From: Antedon mediterranea
Lineage: Eukaryota > Animalia > Echinodermata
Direction of reading: 5' to 3'
DNA length: 64,000 nucleotides
Assembly: GCF_964355755.1 (NCBI RefSeq)
Contig: NC_092673.1
Coordinates: forward strand, 11,814,948-11,878,947
Positions 11,161-50,500 of this stretch are shown here, in pieces. The notes beneath the pieces were generated by a model, which saw only the letters and a program-made list of their open reading frames with translations, had not been told where the DNA came from and made no database searches. Positions within the stretch are counted from its first letter, which is position 1, and each line of letters begins with the position of its first letter. The translations under genes were made by a program, and so were the position numbers.

Positions 11161-13193
11161 TTTATTTATTTATTTATTTCGTTTTCTTTTAGTAGGGTAG
11201 CCCTCTCAGTAATAAAATAAAACTGCTCTTCCGAGGGGCCCTACGGCACATTTAAACAAAATTTGAAAACAACTTAAACTAAACTTAAACTAAAACTTAA
11301 ACTAAAACTAAACTTCAATGCATGTTCTCATTATTATTATACTTTTATACCATATTTAAATATATTTCACTGGAACCATCCTAGACCACCGGCAACAATA
11401 AATGAATCTTAACAAGTGATTTAAAACGGTTATAATTGTTTTGTTTTCTTAATTCATAAGGTAGGCCATTCCAGAGTGAACTTCCATAATAAACAAAACT
11501 ACGTTTGTATATTTCGAGGTTACATCTGGGCAAATACAACAGATTATTTTCATAGTTTCTGGTTTGAATATTGTGTACACTACTAATATATTGCAAAACA
11601 TCACATAAGTATGAAGGTACAGATTCTTGTAAACATCTAAATATTGTACAAATTGTATGATATTCAATTCTTGTCTTAATTGTTAGCCAACCTAAATCAT
11701 AATGCATTTGTCTAACAGGAGTTCGAATATCAGCACCTAGTATTAATCGTGCAGCTCTATTTTGTACCCTTTGCAATTTTAAAATATGGGCGTTTGAACC
11801 AGTACCCCAGACTGTTGAACAATAGTCAATATGTGATAAAAATAGAGCATTGTATAATCTTTTAATAATTTTAGGAGATGTAAAACTTTTCAATCTATAA
11901 AATAGATGTAGAATTTTTGATAGTTTTGCACATATAGAATCAATATGTACTTTCCATGAGAGTTGTTCATCAAATGTAAGTCCCAAATATTTAAACGTTT
12001 CAACTTTCTCAATCGGAATGTTATCAAAAATTACTGTTTCATCTGTTGTTTTATTAACACGTGCATGAGTACCAAAAAGCATGTATTTGGTTTTATCAAT
12101 GTTTAGAGTTAATTTATGTTTATCTAACCATTGTTTTACATTTTCCAACTGTTCAGTTAAAACTGTTGTAAGCTCTTCATTTGATTTACATGCATAAAAA
12201 AGCGCAGTGTCGTCTGCATAGAGGACTGTTTTACAAATCCCATCAACACTATCATGTAAGTCATTTATGTATAAAATAAACAACAAAGGGCCAAGAATTG
12301 AGCCTTGTGGTACCCCATAGTTGACATTTAAAATTTCAGATTTTTTTCCATTAAAATTAACAAATTGTTTGCGATTTTTTAAATAATTACTGAACCATGC
12401 AAGCTCAGTGTTTATCATTCCAAAGGTGCATAATTTACGTAATAAAATATCGTGGTCTACCGTATCAAACGCCTTTTTTAGGTCAAGAAAAATTGCTCCA
12501 GTTACCAAGCCATTATCAATATTTTTATATATATAATTGCATACATCTATCAGTGTAGTAGAAGTTGAATGTAACGACCTAAAACCAGATTGATTTTTAC
12601 ATAATAAATTAAACTCATTTATATGATTCATAACTTGATTATGGATGCATCTTTCAAAAACTTTCATAACAATAGGTATAACAGATATTGGACGGTAGTT
12701 GTTAAGTTCATGTTTACATCCTCCTTTATAAAGCGGAGTAACCTTAGCACATTTCCATTCACTTGGAATAACACCAGATCTTAATGACCAGTTAAACAAA
12801 AAGGCAAGACTTTGAGAAATTTGTGAAGATGCAATTTTAAGTAACCTAGCGGAAATCCCATCAATTCCAGTAGCTTTTCCAATTTCTAACTTTTCCAACA
12901 AAGCTTCAATTTCATTTCCATTAATATCTTTAAAGTTGAAACGTTGTTGAAATTGTGATAACGATTCAACGGTAATATCGTTTTGGTTGTCATTAAAATG
13001 GGATGCAAGTTCATTAGAAATTGAACAAAAATATTTATTAAAATGATTAGCAATATCAGTTGGATTGTTTATTTCATTACCGTTTACATTGAGAGTTGTT
13101 TTAGTTTGTTTCTTTTTATTGGGTAAAAAGTCTTTCATGGTTTTCCATAATGTTTTAGTGTCATTAACATTATCCTTTAATTTATTATTAAAG
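11161..13193 (-). mobile_element. 5'-truncated L2/Crack-like LINE with uninterrupted RT domain, nested in a Rex1-like LINE
   Basis: Motifs KATGIDGI, NYRPIS, QSGFR, FLDLKKAFDTV, GVPQGSILGPLLF, YADD; stop at 11381; 3' UTR and (AAAT)n tail at about 11157-11180. Confidence 0.9.
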
Positions 13194-14143
13194 TTTAGGT
13201 ACAAACGAGCACCTAAACCGTTTTGTTTTGGTATTAAGTGCACGTATAGCCTAATTATGCCAGAATTCATGAGGGCAAATTGTTTGTGAAGAGGATGTGT
13301 TTCATCATCAATGATACTTTTTACTTTTTTTAACACATTTTCTTTATACAAGGATTCAACATCAGGTAAGTGCTCTCCTAGTCTAATTGCTCTATTTCCT
13401 ATTCGATTAAGTTTAATTTTATCTTTTTGCATTGTATTACCATAAAAACAAACATTACAAAAAAGTATTACACTGAGAATTACAGAGTTATAAAACAATT
13501 TAAGTATAGTTTTGTCAATTTTTTGGTACTTCATTTTTCTTAATATAAACATCCTTTGGTTGGCTTTGCATGTGGCTTTATTTACATTATTTATCCAATT
13601 TAGCTTATTGTCAATTATACAACCCAGATATTTGTACTCATTTACTACTTCAATCTCATTTTCATTTATAATCAGAAGTTCTAAGGGTTCTTTAATTTTC
13701 CTAAAATCAATTTGCATTTCTTTTGTTTTCTTTATGTTTAGTTTCAGGTTGTTATTGCAGCACCAGTGATAAAAATCACATCCTAGTTGTCTATAGCTTG
13801 TTTCATCATTGCCAGTAATGTATCCAGTGATGACTGTGTCATCTGCATGTTTTACTATACAACATTCATTTGAATTGGCTCTGAAACTGCTGGTGAACAG
13901 TGAAAACAACATTGGGGAGATAACAGACCCTTGTGGCGTGCCAATGCTAACAGTTCTTTTATCAGATAAAATACCGTTTAGTTTAACATACTGGAACCTT
14001 TTTGTTAAGAAATTATATATCCATGAAGTCAATGTGTCGTTTACGTTCATTTCTTTAAGTTTGCGTACTAATGAACCAGGTTCAACGGTATTAAAAGCAC
14101 TAGAAAAATCTATATACAAACATCTTACATATGCTTTAGGCAC
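11381..14143 (-). pseudogene. 920-codon chimeric retrotransposon ORF (Rex1-like RT C-half fused in frame to L2-like RT)
   Basis: Two sets of RT motifs (DFSSAFNT..GTPQG..HADD, then DLKKAFD..GVPQG..YADD). Junction near 13194; the annotated start codon is GTG. Confidence 0.8.
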
Positions 14144-14805
14144 ATCTAAATGTTGGTAAATATTGTGTGTAAGTGGAAGAGCACAGCATCTTCAACACTT
14201 CTATTACTCTGATAGGCAAATTGGAGAGGATCGAGAAAAAATTTGGTCTGATCAAGCAACTGCCTGAGTACAATCTTTTCTAGGCACTTACCAACATTGG
14301 ATGTGATAGCTATTGGCCTTTAGTCATTAAGTTCCTTGGGATTTTTTATCTTAGGAATTGGTGAGATACAGGCCGTTTTCCATTGATTGGGCACTGTACC
14401 ACTTGCTAAACTCTCATTAAAAAGTTTGGTATATATCGGTGCCAACTCTTGGTTGCATTATTTAATAACACGATTTCCAATTCCACCATCAGAGCCAGTA
14501 CTTTTACCAGGCTTTACTTTGGCGAATACATTACGCACATCAACTACATTTATGACTGCATTGTTTACTAAGGAAGTCTCATTTTCGCGGATTACTGTGT
14601 CTTCATTTTCATTTTTGGTAACTAATATCTTGGATTCAAAACGACAGAAAAAGTTGTTTAAGTCATTAGCGAAGTTCTCACTTCCATGTACACGCAATAT
14701 GGTTTCTTTGTAGCCGGTTAGTGTTTTATTTGCTTTCCATGCTGCTTTAGGATTTTTGTCTTTAAATTTATTTTCTAGTGTTTTTTTGTATTTCAGTTTG
14801 CTATT

Positions 14806-15621
14806 TTTAGTCGCGTAGAAGCGACTCTATAGTTCACTATGTCGGTCGGTCGGTCTGTCTGTCTGTCTGTCTGTCGGTCTGTCTGTCGGTCTGTCTGTCT
14901 GTCTGTCGGTCCGGTATCACTATGCGTTTTATCGCTTTCTGACCTTATCTTGATATCAGTTTAATCTAGCTAGGTCAATTTTTCACAGTATATTCCTTAT
15001 GGCCAGGAATCAATGTGGTTATGTTTTCACGGTGCGCAATAAAAAATGACGCGGTCTACGCACGATTTAACGAAATCACGTTTGTAATCATATCTTCACA
15101 ACCATAAATCACAATTAAATAAAATTTGGTACTCATAAATTTCAGGGCATAAATCATCATATGGCAATACAATTACGTGCGTAGCGCATGTAACGCATGC
15201 GTACGCGCGCTTAACATTTTCAAAATTTATTTTCGATGAAATAAGAGTACATTTCAGGCAATTTTAAGCGTTTACAAAATTGCCATGAGTGCGCATATTT
15301 TTGCGCGCGCACTGCGCGTTAAATGTTATTGCGCACTCTTTTTGCCCGATTTCTGTTTTCTTGACTTACTTTTCAACTCGAAATTACGTTATACGAGCAC
15401 GTCGAAAGTGACAGGCTACGCACGTGTAAATTAAAAAAAAATAAATGTTTTTAAACATTTCAACATTTTTAAACATGTTCAGTAATTTCGGTCAGTATAG
15501 TTCACTATGTCGGTCGGTCGGTCTCTCTGTCTGTCTGTCTGTCTGTCGGTCTGTCGGTCTGTCTGTCGGTCCGGTATCACTATGCATTGTAGCACGCGAC
15601 TTAATGGCTGTTGGCCTTGTT
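14806..15621 (+). mobile_element. Helentron-associated interspersed element (DINE-1/HINE-like)
   Basis: 5' tttagtcgcg..gcgact, (GTCY)n microsatellite twice, 3' cacgcgact plus a short ggc..gcc hairpin. Inserted in a T run with no TSD; removing it rejoins Rex1 codons (KCIKIA). Confidence 0.75.
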
Positions 15622-18243
15622 TATACACTTGTTTATTTCCTTTTGAATTTCTTTGACTTTAGGAGTATCTTTTCCTCTATGCGCTATACGCTTATCTTGT
15701 AACAGTTTCCTTAGTTGGTTAGAGATCCATGGTTTTTCATTTGCATACATCTTTTTTGTTACTTTGGGTATAACCATATCAACACAAAAGGATATGTATG
15801 CTGAGATTGTAGATACACTTACATCAAGAGTATCATCATCATCGAGCATAATATCCCAATCAGTACATGCTAGACAGCCACGCAACTTTTCAACCACCTC
15901 TGTACTCCACAAATGCTGTTGTATAACTACTGGTTTTGACTGTTTTAATTTTTTTTGGCATAATATGTATTGTTATGATCAGAATTTCCAAGTTTTGAAC
16001 AGATTTTGCTTGTGTATGCATTTTTCACATTGCAGTAGCATAAGTCCAGTGTAGCACTGCCTCTTGTTTCTACAGAGATTGCTTGTTCATAAGTAGGTAG
16101 CATATCCTTCAAAGTGCATTTGTTGAAGTCTCCTAGAATTATTTGTGGAGCTCACTCGCATTATCAATATTTGCATTTGGGTGTATGTAGCACACGGTAA
16201 GGAAAATTTGAGAAAATTCTCGTGGTAGATAGAAGGGTCTTGCACTTATGGTCAGTAATTCTATATCCAGCGTACAGAGTTGTTCACGTATCCTCCAGTT
16301 ACTACACTATGCTTTATTTATATAAAAACATACTCCTCCTCCTCGTTTTTTCCCGACTCTACAGATAGAGTGTGAGAGTTCGGGTTCAGGGGATAGTGGG
16401 GATTTTTCTTAGGCTAGGGGTAGTGGGCTATCAAATTGACCAGAATTGTGGTTGGAAAATGTTAAAGTATTTTAATTTTATCCCCCTGGGAAGGGGCTGG
16501 GAGAAACTTGGGAATGTTTTAAACTGCCCACTGAGGACTTATGGGTTTGGAGTAGCGAAATTTGTGAATAACACCTCTAGGTGGCCGGAAATGACACTCT
16601 CTATCGGGCTACAGTATAGTAAACAGCAGTTATCCCGCATACGCGACTAAGGATAACCTTTTTTGCGTTCAATGCGAACGTCAGAGAAAGTCCCCGACGA
16701 ATGTAATGCCGGTAATGTAATCAATTAATACACATTTATTACTAAACCTATTATCAAATTAATAATTTTTAGATTAGACAAAAAATGTGAAGCTGCTGCT
16801 ATAAATATTGAGCAAAACGTTGAATTGTATTATTTTTAAATAAATGCTAAATAAGTCAGTAAAACAACAATTTCCAAAATTCATTTTCATTTATCCACTA
16901 TACTACTGTATACTGTACCGGTACAGCAGTGTTGCTTAATCCACACTCCAGAAAAGAAAATAATATGATCGAAATTTGCAGAAAGAAGCAATTAAACACT
17001 GTTATTTCAAAGTTTGGAACATCCGTAATTACTTCAGAAATTCGGCCCAATATTACAGACGTATAGGAAATGAAGATAAATAGGGTAACTACGGAAATAC
17101 TTAAATGATGGGGAATCCCCGGCAAAATGCAATAATTACGGACAAATCAACGACTCATATGACGGGGTTTTCCACGTACTGTATATTCTCATGACGCACA
17201 CAAGCAATCCAAACATTCAGAAATTCATTCTGAGCATGTTAAGCAAAAAAATTGTGCAAGGTTAATTTTACGCTGCAGCCAGTCAATTTACATATTATAG
17301 ACTCTTCCAACCTTAGACTTCTATAACGTTAATGGTTAATATATATAATAAAATGGGATCTAAACTTAGTTGCAGAAAAAAACCATTTAGTATGAAATTA
17401 AGGGTGTTGCCCAAGCAACTGGGGCAACACCCCTGCGTCCGCCCCTGGCTGCTAACATAATTTGTACTGTAACCGTCTTAAACACATCACCCAGTAACTG
17501 GGATTGGAGGGGGAGGAGGAGGAGCGAAAATACTGGCGTAATAAAGTAGCCTATATGATTGGAATTGTACTAGGAAAAGTTACTACATTTGAACTGTCCA
17601 GGGGAGGAGTTAAGGTTTGTTGATTGTGGCTGTTGGGATAGTGAGTGAAGAAAGAAGGCTGGTGGACCGCAGTATGATAAATCATACTTATCAGCCAATA
17701 TGACAACTATTCATTTACACAGTTACAACGTAGTTAAACCATTATTAGGGTCTTTATATGCTTTTACAAGAAGTATATTATATTAAAAATATCTTATTTC
17801 TTCGTAATGGCTGGTGTTATAGGTTTAGTTCATTTTTGTGTTTTTTTTAAAATTCACAACATATATTCACTCTAACACAACATTTTGTCAAAAAAATGGC
17901 TGCAACTACCATTTCTGGAATTTTGACCTTTGATCTTGTCTTCTTATCTGTAACTAATAATCTTGGAGACAATCAAATAAATGCAAATTGCTTTATATTT
18001 GATCCTATGAACTTGTTTGTACTAAAGTGAAAAGAATTATTTTATTGATCTTTGACCTGACCTTCTATCTCCATAACTACTGGTCATGAGACATTTATTT
18101 GACCTTAAATTGTTCAAAACAGAATTTTCAGTAGATTACAAATATGGAAGGTAATTGATCATGACAGAAAGCGTTTCGAGATATAAGGGGTCAAAGTTAA
18201 AAATTGACATATTATATAATAATTATTATATACAGTATATGTA

Positions 18244-20077
18244 TTATAATAAATTTATTGAAGCACAATTTGGTATTTGGTACATTTTTATGATTATGGT
18301 ATTTTATTTTTATGGTATCTATTCAATCACCTCATGAAAAAAAAAACCTTGATCATTATAACAACATTTGCCTATAAAACCAAATAAAAACTAAAAATTT
18401 AAGACAAAATGTGATGTTTTATCATTCTGTTAAGACATCAATCAATCATACACAATCAAAAGAGCAGGTTCATCATTACACCAGTTGACATAGGTCAAAG
18501 GTCAAAATTTTAACAAGTGATATACTAAATAATGCAAAGTTATCCAAACTATGAGATCGATGGTCATAAATGTAAATCACGTTATTTGATCAATAAGTGG
18601 AGTTATGGTATTTCTCTTTTTTTCTAGTGTGCATTATTTTAAATGTAATGTAATGTATTATAATACTGTAAAATAACAAATTATGACTGTTAAAATATAT
18701 GATGTTAAAATGTTACGCTGACCTTGATATGTCACAACATAGTTGCATTTTAATTTATTAGAGCTACAATATTCATTTTTGGGTAATACACTACTATTCA
18801 TCAGAATCAGAGAATAGCAGTTCATCCACTGAGGCATAGGCAGATCGAAGTGGCCCACACTCTGTTCTGATTTCAATGGAGATGAAAAAAGTTATAACCA
18901 ATAATATAGTAAAATTTGTTAGACGTGTTTCGTTAGAGAAAGGAACTAACGCCCTCTGCAAAGTTGTGATTTTGCAGTAATACACGTGAGAAGACTGCAT
19001 ACCTTTCTGAGAAAACGTGAAAACATTAAGAGAAATAATTGAGCAAATTAATGCCGTTGTTTAAGAGTATTTTAAGAAACGATCGGTTAGTTAATCTATT
19101 TTATTGTATTAAACGTGATTATAAAAGTATTAGTTATATTAGAATGATTTAACATGTATAAACGTTCTTGTGTTTTTTTAGGTGATATTTAACATTTCGA
19201 TGTTAATTTGAGTTGAGTTTTGGATGTCGAAAAGTGTAAGTTTAAGTATACACTTTGATCATAAGCTGAACTTTAATTTTAATTATCAATAGCTTAGATT
19301 ATACATTTGTTACCGGTACTAAGTTAAATGTTCTAATATATACGTAGTTCGAACAAGGCTACTTGAGATAACCAGTTGGGACACAATAAATCCACTATTC
19401 AAGTCAATCTGAGTTCACGAGTTGTTTTTTTTTATCAGTTTTGAATATCGAAACAAGACGCAACCAAATATTGCGAACATAAAGCAGATCAAATCAGATA
19501 GTTTATTGTCTCAAAATGAATATTGCAGGCCTCAACAACTATGTTCTGACTAATCTTTGCAAAATGAATTTTGAGTTTTGCTTTAACCATTTATTTTATT
19601 TATGGTCAGCGTAATATTTTAAGTACGATTTGATTAATTACAGTATTATAATTATATTAATAAAAAAAAATTATAATGAAATAACAAACTTTACAGATCA
19701 AATATTTTGATTAGGGCCCTACTTGTAAAACCATCAATCTCATAGATTGGACAACTTTGCATCTATTTGGTAACTACCTAATACGCATATTAAAATGTTG
19801 ACCTCTGACCTTACGTCAAAGGATGAAATTAACCTTATGTCAACTGATTAAATGACGTATGTGCTCGTTTACATTGCGTATAATTAACAGTATGAGAAAA
19901 CATTCAATTTGGTTAAATGTTAGTTTTATTTTGTTTTATAGTACATTACGGTATATGATTGGTCATTTGATCCTTAATCACAAAGGATTTCTTATTTCAT
20001 GAGGTGATTGAATAGATACCTGTAATCATAAAAAATGTAATAAAATACAAAATTGTGCTTCAATAAATTTGTTATAA
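18244..20077. mobile_element. Old non-autonomous DNA element with about 400-bp diverged inverted arms
   Basis: 18244-18625 is the approximate reverse complement of 19670-20077 (for example ggtatctattcaatcacctcatgaaa / tttcatgaggtgattgaatagatacc). Confidence 0.7.
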
Positions 20078-20519
20078 GTAGCCATAGGTCGTGGCTTCAG
20101 ATGGTTCATGAATACATAGTAATTTCAGCGTAAAAAAAACTGGCGAATTCAAACGTACGCAGGAAAATAAAACATGTAGTTTACAGGAACGAATAGGCCT
20201 AAATAGATTTATGTAGTCAACTAAAATTAGCACCCTTGGAATTACTTCCGAAAGAGAAACTTGTCACAAAATCAGACACCAGTTATTTAAGTCAAATTTA
20301 AACAAACCCAATTTGTGTTTTGTATGTAACATTAGGGTTGAGGGATGGGGAAGAGGATGGGTGCAAAGAGGAACAATTTTTAAATATATTCTTTATCCAT
20401 TCAGTAACGAAATATTAATTCATAATCGTCATGTTTTACAAATAATATATCACTAAACACATGTAAGACGTTGTGATTTAAAAATACTTTTTTTTTTTAA
20501 ATGTCACTGTCATAGTCGA

Positions 20520-20825
20520 CAGTGAATTATTATAATACTGGCCTAGATTGACAGCAAGAACAAAGTCATTATTTAGTTGAACAAGATTTTACAGATTACC
20601 GTCTACATGCATCTCAATAATACTGATTATCAGCAAATGTTTTCATAGACTTTCTTCTCCCCCAGACGTGCTTTGAGGTTTGTAATTTGAGCATGACCCG
20701 TTCTAGTTTACAAATTATCAAAAACGTCAGCCTCTAGAACTATAACTTGCTGCTTGATATAGCTTCTGAATGAGTAGTCCTCTGGGGATGATGTAGCTGG
20801 CTAAAGCAACAGCGTGAAAAACGAA
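20520..20825 (-). repeat. Unclassified interspersed repeat, copy 2
   Basis: Shares gaacaagattttacagattaccgtctacatgcatctcaata and cagcctctagaactata with 4240-4510. Confidence 0.75.
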
Positions 20826-21095
20826 GGCACTTTCAACGAAAAATGAAAACTATGATGGGAAGGCTAATATAACACTCTTTAAGCAGGTGGAAAAGAAGAC
20901 TACTCATTTTAACGCCAAAGGAAAGTGTCTCAAAACACGTTTGCATAAACCATGCGGACATGTTTTGGCCTTAGAACAATCACAAATTTTATATCGGAAG
21001 GCTAGATCGCAAACCCCATTATCGCAGTTCATTGGAGTATAAACGCGCATTCTATGATCATCGTATACAAAAAATGCTAGATTACCAAGAAATTA

Positions 21096-21528
21096 CCGTA
21101 AATCTTCTAATATTAACCCACACTCTAATTTAGAGAATAGTAACCCCCCTTCTAATAGTAACCCACCTTAGTCAATCTATACTACTAATAACCCTCTACT
21201 GTAATAGTAATCCATGGAGTTAATAGCGTCACAAAAAACGTAGGCCTATTGCCAAAATGACATTAAAGCGGGAGTGGGGGAGGATGAAGTGTTTTTGAGT
21301 TTATAAAATAAAGTTAGAGTTCAAACAAATTTGTTTATTCGTACTGTTTTATTATTTTGCTATTATTTGTTGACTGGAAAAGTTGAGCCACTATTTTCAA
21401 GTGCCTAATTTAAGATTAGTAATAGTAACCCACTACTATAATAGTGACCCCCACCCATCTAATAGTAACCCACCCTAAAAAACAATCAAAAAAATAATAA
21501 CCCAGGTTAAAATTAGAAGATTTACGGG
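21096..21528. mobile_element. pogo/Tc1-mariner-type MITE with TA TSD
   Basis: TA|ccgtaaatcttctaat ... attagaagatttacgg(g)|TA with internal aatagtaaccc repeats. A right-end copy lies at 59280-59344. Confidence 0.82.
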
Positions 21529-21769
21529 TAGTAGTAATTCATTCCATTGCGATTAAAAATTTATTTAATTTATAAAAACTTCACTGTGCTTTATTAAACA
21601 AGAATATGGATTGCAATTTATGTGGTCTTTGTGTATTATATTAGATTATTATTTGTTATATAAAATAATGTTTTTGAACACATTTACGGTATCCATCTTG
21701 TTGGAATGTTTGTTCCACTCCTGTTGTCCTGATTTATAGATAGCTTTACCGTTACAAAAAGTTACCGTA

Positions 21770-21983
21770 TATACATCCCGACGTATGCGGCGCCCTGCCG
21801 CATGGAAAACATTATGGTTGCAGTGACAACCGCGGATTGCTCTCGCGCATCATGCAAAGATAGTGTAGGAGCCTAGGTAGACTATCTTTTCTTTATGGCG
21901 CAATGAATACCTCTTGGACTGCTGACAGTACTATTACCACTGACTGACTCCTCTGCCTCGAATATATTATTAATAATACAGTA
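21770..21983 (+). promoter_or_regulatory. Candidate PHYHD1 promoter / 5' UTR
   Basis: Local CpG enrichment, tctcgcg at about 21841 and atggcg (YY1-like) at about 21895, directly before the candidate ATG. Confidence 0.4.
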
Positions 21984-47579
<25,596 letters not shown>

Positions 47580-50500
47580 ATAATATAATCAATATAGACT
47601 AAAGGTATTTTTATATATTTACTGTATTATTATTATCAATTTCATACAGTACATTAGACAAATTTTAAATAAATATAGATAGAATGTTTCTTATAATTAT
47701 TTTAAAGATGGTGTGCATATTAAGAAATACAGTAACTATTTTCGAATTAGATTAGTTACAAACCCTCTTTATAATGTTTTTATGCTGCCAAAATGTAATC
47801 TGTAAATATAGCTGTTGACAAAAGCCACACAGATAAAAGGACATAGTTACAAATTTGAAATACAATGATTTATTCAATGATTTTAATTGTTCTAACAACA
47901 TAAAAACTAATCATGTTAGATTTTGAAATGTAAATCTTCAGAATATAATTCACTTGACTATATATGCTTATGAAAAGATTTAATTTTCAGTTGATATTGA
48001 ACTAGAAAATTACAAGATTGCCAGCTTTCATTCCGAGAGAAATTGTGTAAAACCTCTACATCTGTCATGTCCATATATGTCAGTCTATAACCTTTCGCCT
48101 TTGAAATATCTCTCATTCCTTGTCTTAAATGTACGTTTTATGGTAATGGTTATGGTACCTAGCTGGTAAACAGCAGTAACGTACGAACATTGTATGCTAT
48201 AGGACTAGCCTGACGTTGTATGTTATAGGACTAGCCTGACGTTGTATGCTATATGACTATCCTGACGTTGTCTAGTGCTGCATTATTTCTATTTTGTCAG
48301 AATCTGTTGTTACAAATTGGGGAAAACCTGGTATTTTCGCTGAAAAGTTACTATTCTTTTATTTGTTTTCGCCTTTACGATTGATCGAAAGTAGGTGAAC
48401 CATAGAAGATAAAATTAAAAAATCAAACCATGCGCACTGCATTTTGGAATGTACAGCGGACCGCTTAAACTATTAGAATCAATTTATTTTTCATTTTTAA
48501 CCATTTTAAAGATGAAAAAAGTTATCTCAATAGGACCATAGTGTTTATTTTTACATTAAATGTAGTTTGTGACCTTAAATTAGACCTAAAAACGTATAGA
48601 ATTGGAATTTAAAGATTGGAAGTTTGATCATGTGACACCCATTTCCTTTACTGGCTTCCCATTTCTGACATCTCAATTGAAACAATTTCACAATTATCAA
48701 TCTCACCTTTGTTCATCCACTGGTAAACTCACCCTCCAAGTGCCTAATAAACTTGGCAAATTCCACAGCTGTACCTTTCCTTTGGAATGCATTATACCTC
48801 ATTGTATACACAACAGGACCACAATGCAAAACAGGTATATTCAACTTGATTGTATATAATCCTGTATAAATATGTTGTTAAATAAATAAATAAATAAATT
48901 CAGCTACGTTGAACCAGTTTAAATCTGTTCTTCGTTTGGATTGTAAACCACTGTGAGACCTTTTGGTAAAGAGTGCCTCTAAATATTCATATTGTTATTA
49001 TTATAGTTTGGCCACATATTTAGATTTTAGGAATGTCCATATAGGAATATTTCTATATAGTGCAAAAACTATGAGTAAAAAATCAACCTAAATTTGAAAT
49101 TTGAAATACATGATAATGAACAGGAAAATAATATTACTGAAGTTGTTAGCTAGTCGCAACATGTACTGTTTTACGATTTTGTGTTATAGCCTCCAAGCCA
49201 CAACAACTGTCCTTAAAACAACGCACAAACAAAATGGAAATCAACAAATTCAATACTATTATAAAAGTTTTTTTTTTAAATCTTGAAACAAACACATAAC
49301 ATTCTGACTTACTACATATGGGAAACATAAAATGTAATATTAAATAAAAGCTTGGCATTTTCTCCTAATAAATATGAATTTTATAGTAATTTATACAGAA
49401 ACACTATTAATTAAATTGAATGTGACTACGTACAATAGCATAATATATTCAAGAACCATCAGTTGTATCCCTCTTTATAGAAAATAATTAACCTAATAAA
49501 TAATTTGTTCATTTTAAACTAAACAAGATAGTTTGTACATTTTTGAAGAACAAAACAGTAAATCTACTACTCTTGCAAATCCTTTATTACCAAAAAAAAA
49601 ATAAATAAATAAAAATACAAATAGGCCTATGCCGGTAAACTATATAAGGTGGCTTTAATATTCTGCTGTACAGCATAATGCATTTCAAATATGTATTATT
49701 ATTATAAAAAATGCACCATTGGAAACGTACAACATAAAACTATATACACATGAATTTCATTTAAAGATGTGTTGTCCCCCAAACCTGAAAAATGAAGATT
49801 AATAATAAAAAAAAACTTTGAATCGGCCATTTAATAAAGTTAATCACTTCTGTGAAAGAAAAAAAACAAATTATGTTATCATTTATAAAAATACAAAACT
49901 GTCAATTCAACCAAAAACCATCAACTTCCAGTCAATTTTACTATTTCTTGCTTTAAATTACAGTTTTGCAGGTAAATCATTTTTTTTTTTCTATCCAAAT
50001 TTTGGTTGAAGTGAATAACTATTATAGAATTATTATTTATTACTATGGATCAAAGTGGTATATTCAACAAAAACATTTAAAAAAATCATTTTTTTAGGGG
50101 AACAATATATCTTTCTGTCTCACAACCATTCTGAAAGACTGATCATGTTGTTTTGTGTTATTTTATTGTAAAGAAATAAATTATAATTACTGTAATTAAA
50201 AACTTTAAAAATGTAAAAGTCACCCGTCATCATTTTGAGCTATTTGAAGATTAAATGTTTGATACAACAAAGATTAAAAATGTCCCTTAGCCACTATTTG
50301 GAATCCAAATTCAAGTTATTGTAAATAAATATGGCCCAACTTACAACATTGTAAAGGAGTATGACCTACAGTTGTTTATATGAACAGTATGTAGTAATAT
50401 GACTATACAACGAGTTACAGATATTTACATATATAAATACAAAGAATAGCACATGGTCCATATAGGCTTACTACTAAATTGCACATGAAAATGGAAATGA

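Larger units (their letters stand above)
11000..16390 (-). mobile_element. Decayed Rex1/Babar-like LINE interrupted by L2-like and HINE insertions
   Basis: Endonuclease remnant SGKKRGGGVCFYIN...RPFYLPREFSQI (16360-16200), LRGCLACTDW, FANDLNNFFCRF, YVRCLYIDFSSAFNT. The C-terminus RFRCSFVP resumes as NAIHLYNSRVQR* after the L2 tail. Several stops and frameshifts. Confidence 0.85.

Noticed and set aside
11381-14143. A genuine novel host gene or retron/DGR-like system with two RT domains
   Set aside because: It is fully explained by nested LINE insertion. The start codon is GTG, the upstream Rex1 sequence has stops and frameshifts, and the Rex1 C-terminus resumes after the L2 tail.
13065-16054. 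Plus-strand ORFs of 74-133 aa
   Set aside because: They are antisense shadows of LINE coding sequence or microsatellite. Most other short ORFs in the track are chance ORFs in AT-rich DNA.
16684-16700. RNase MRP/P CR-I-like gagaaagtcccc
   Set aside because: No downstream CR-V partner was seen, and similar motifs recur nearby as a repeat.
18794-19000. Small ORF ending ...VDELLFSDSDE
   Set aside because: No recognisable homology or linked exons, and it lies in the spacer of an inverted-repeat element.
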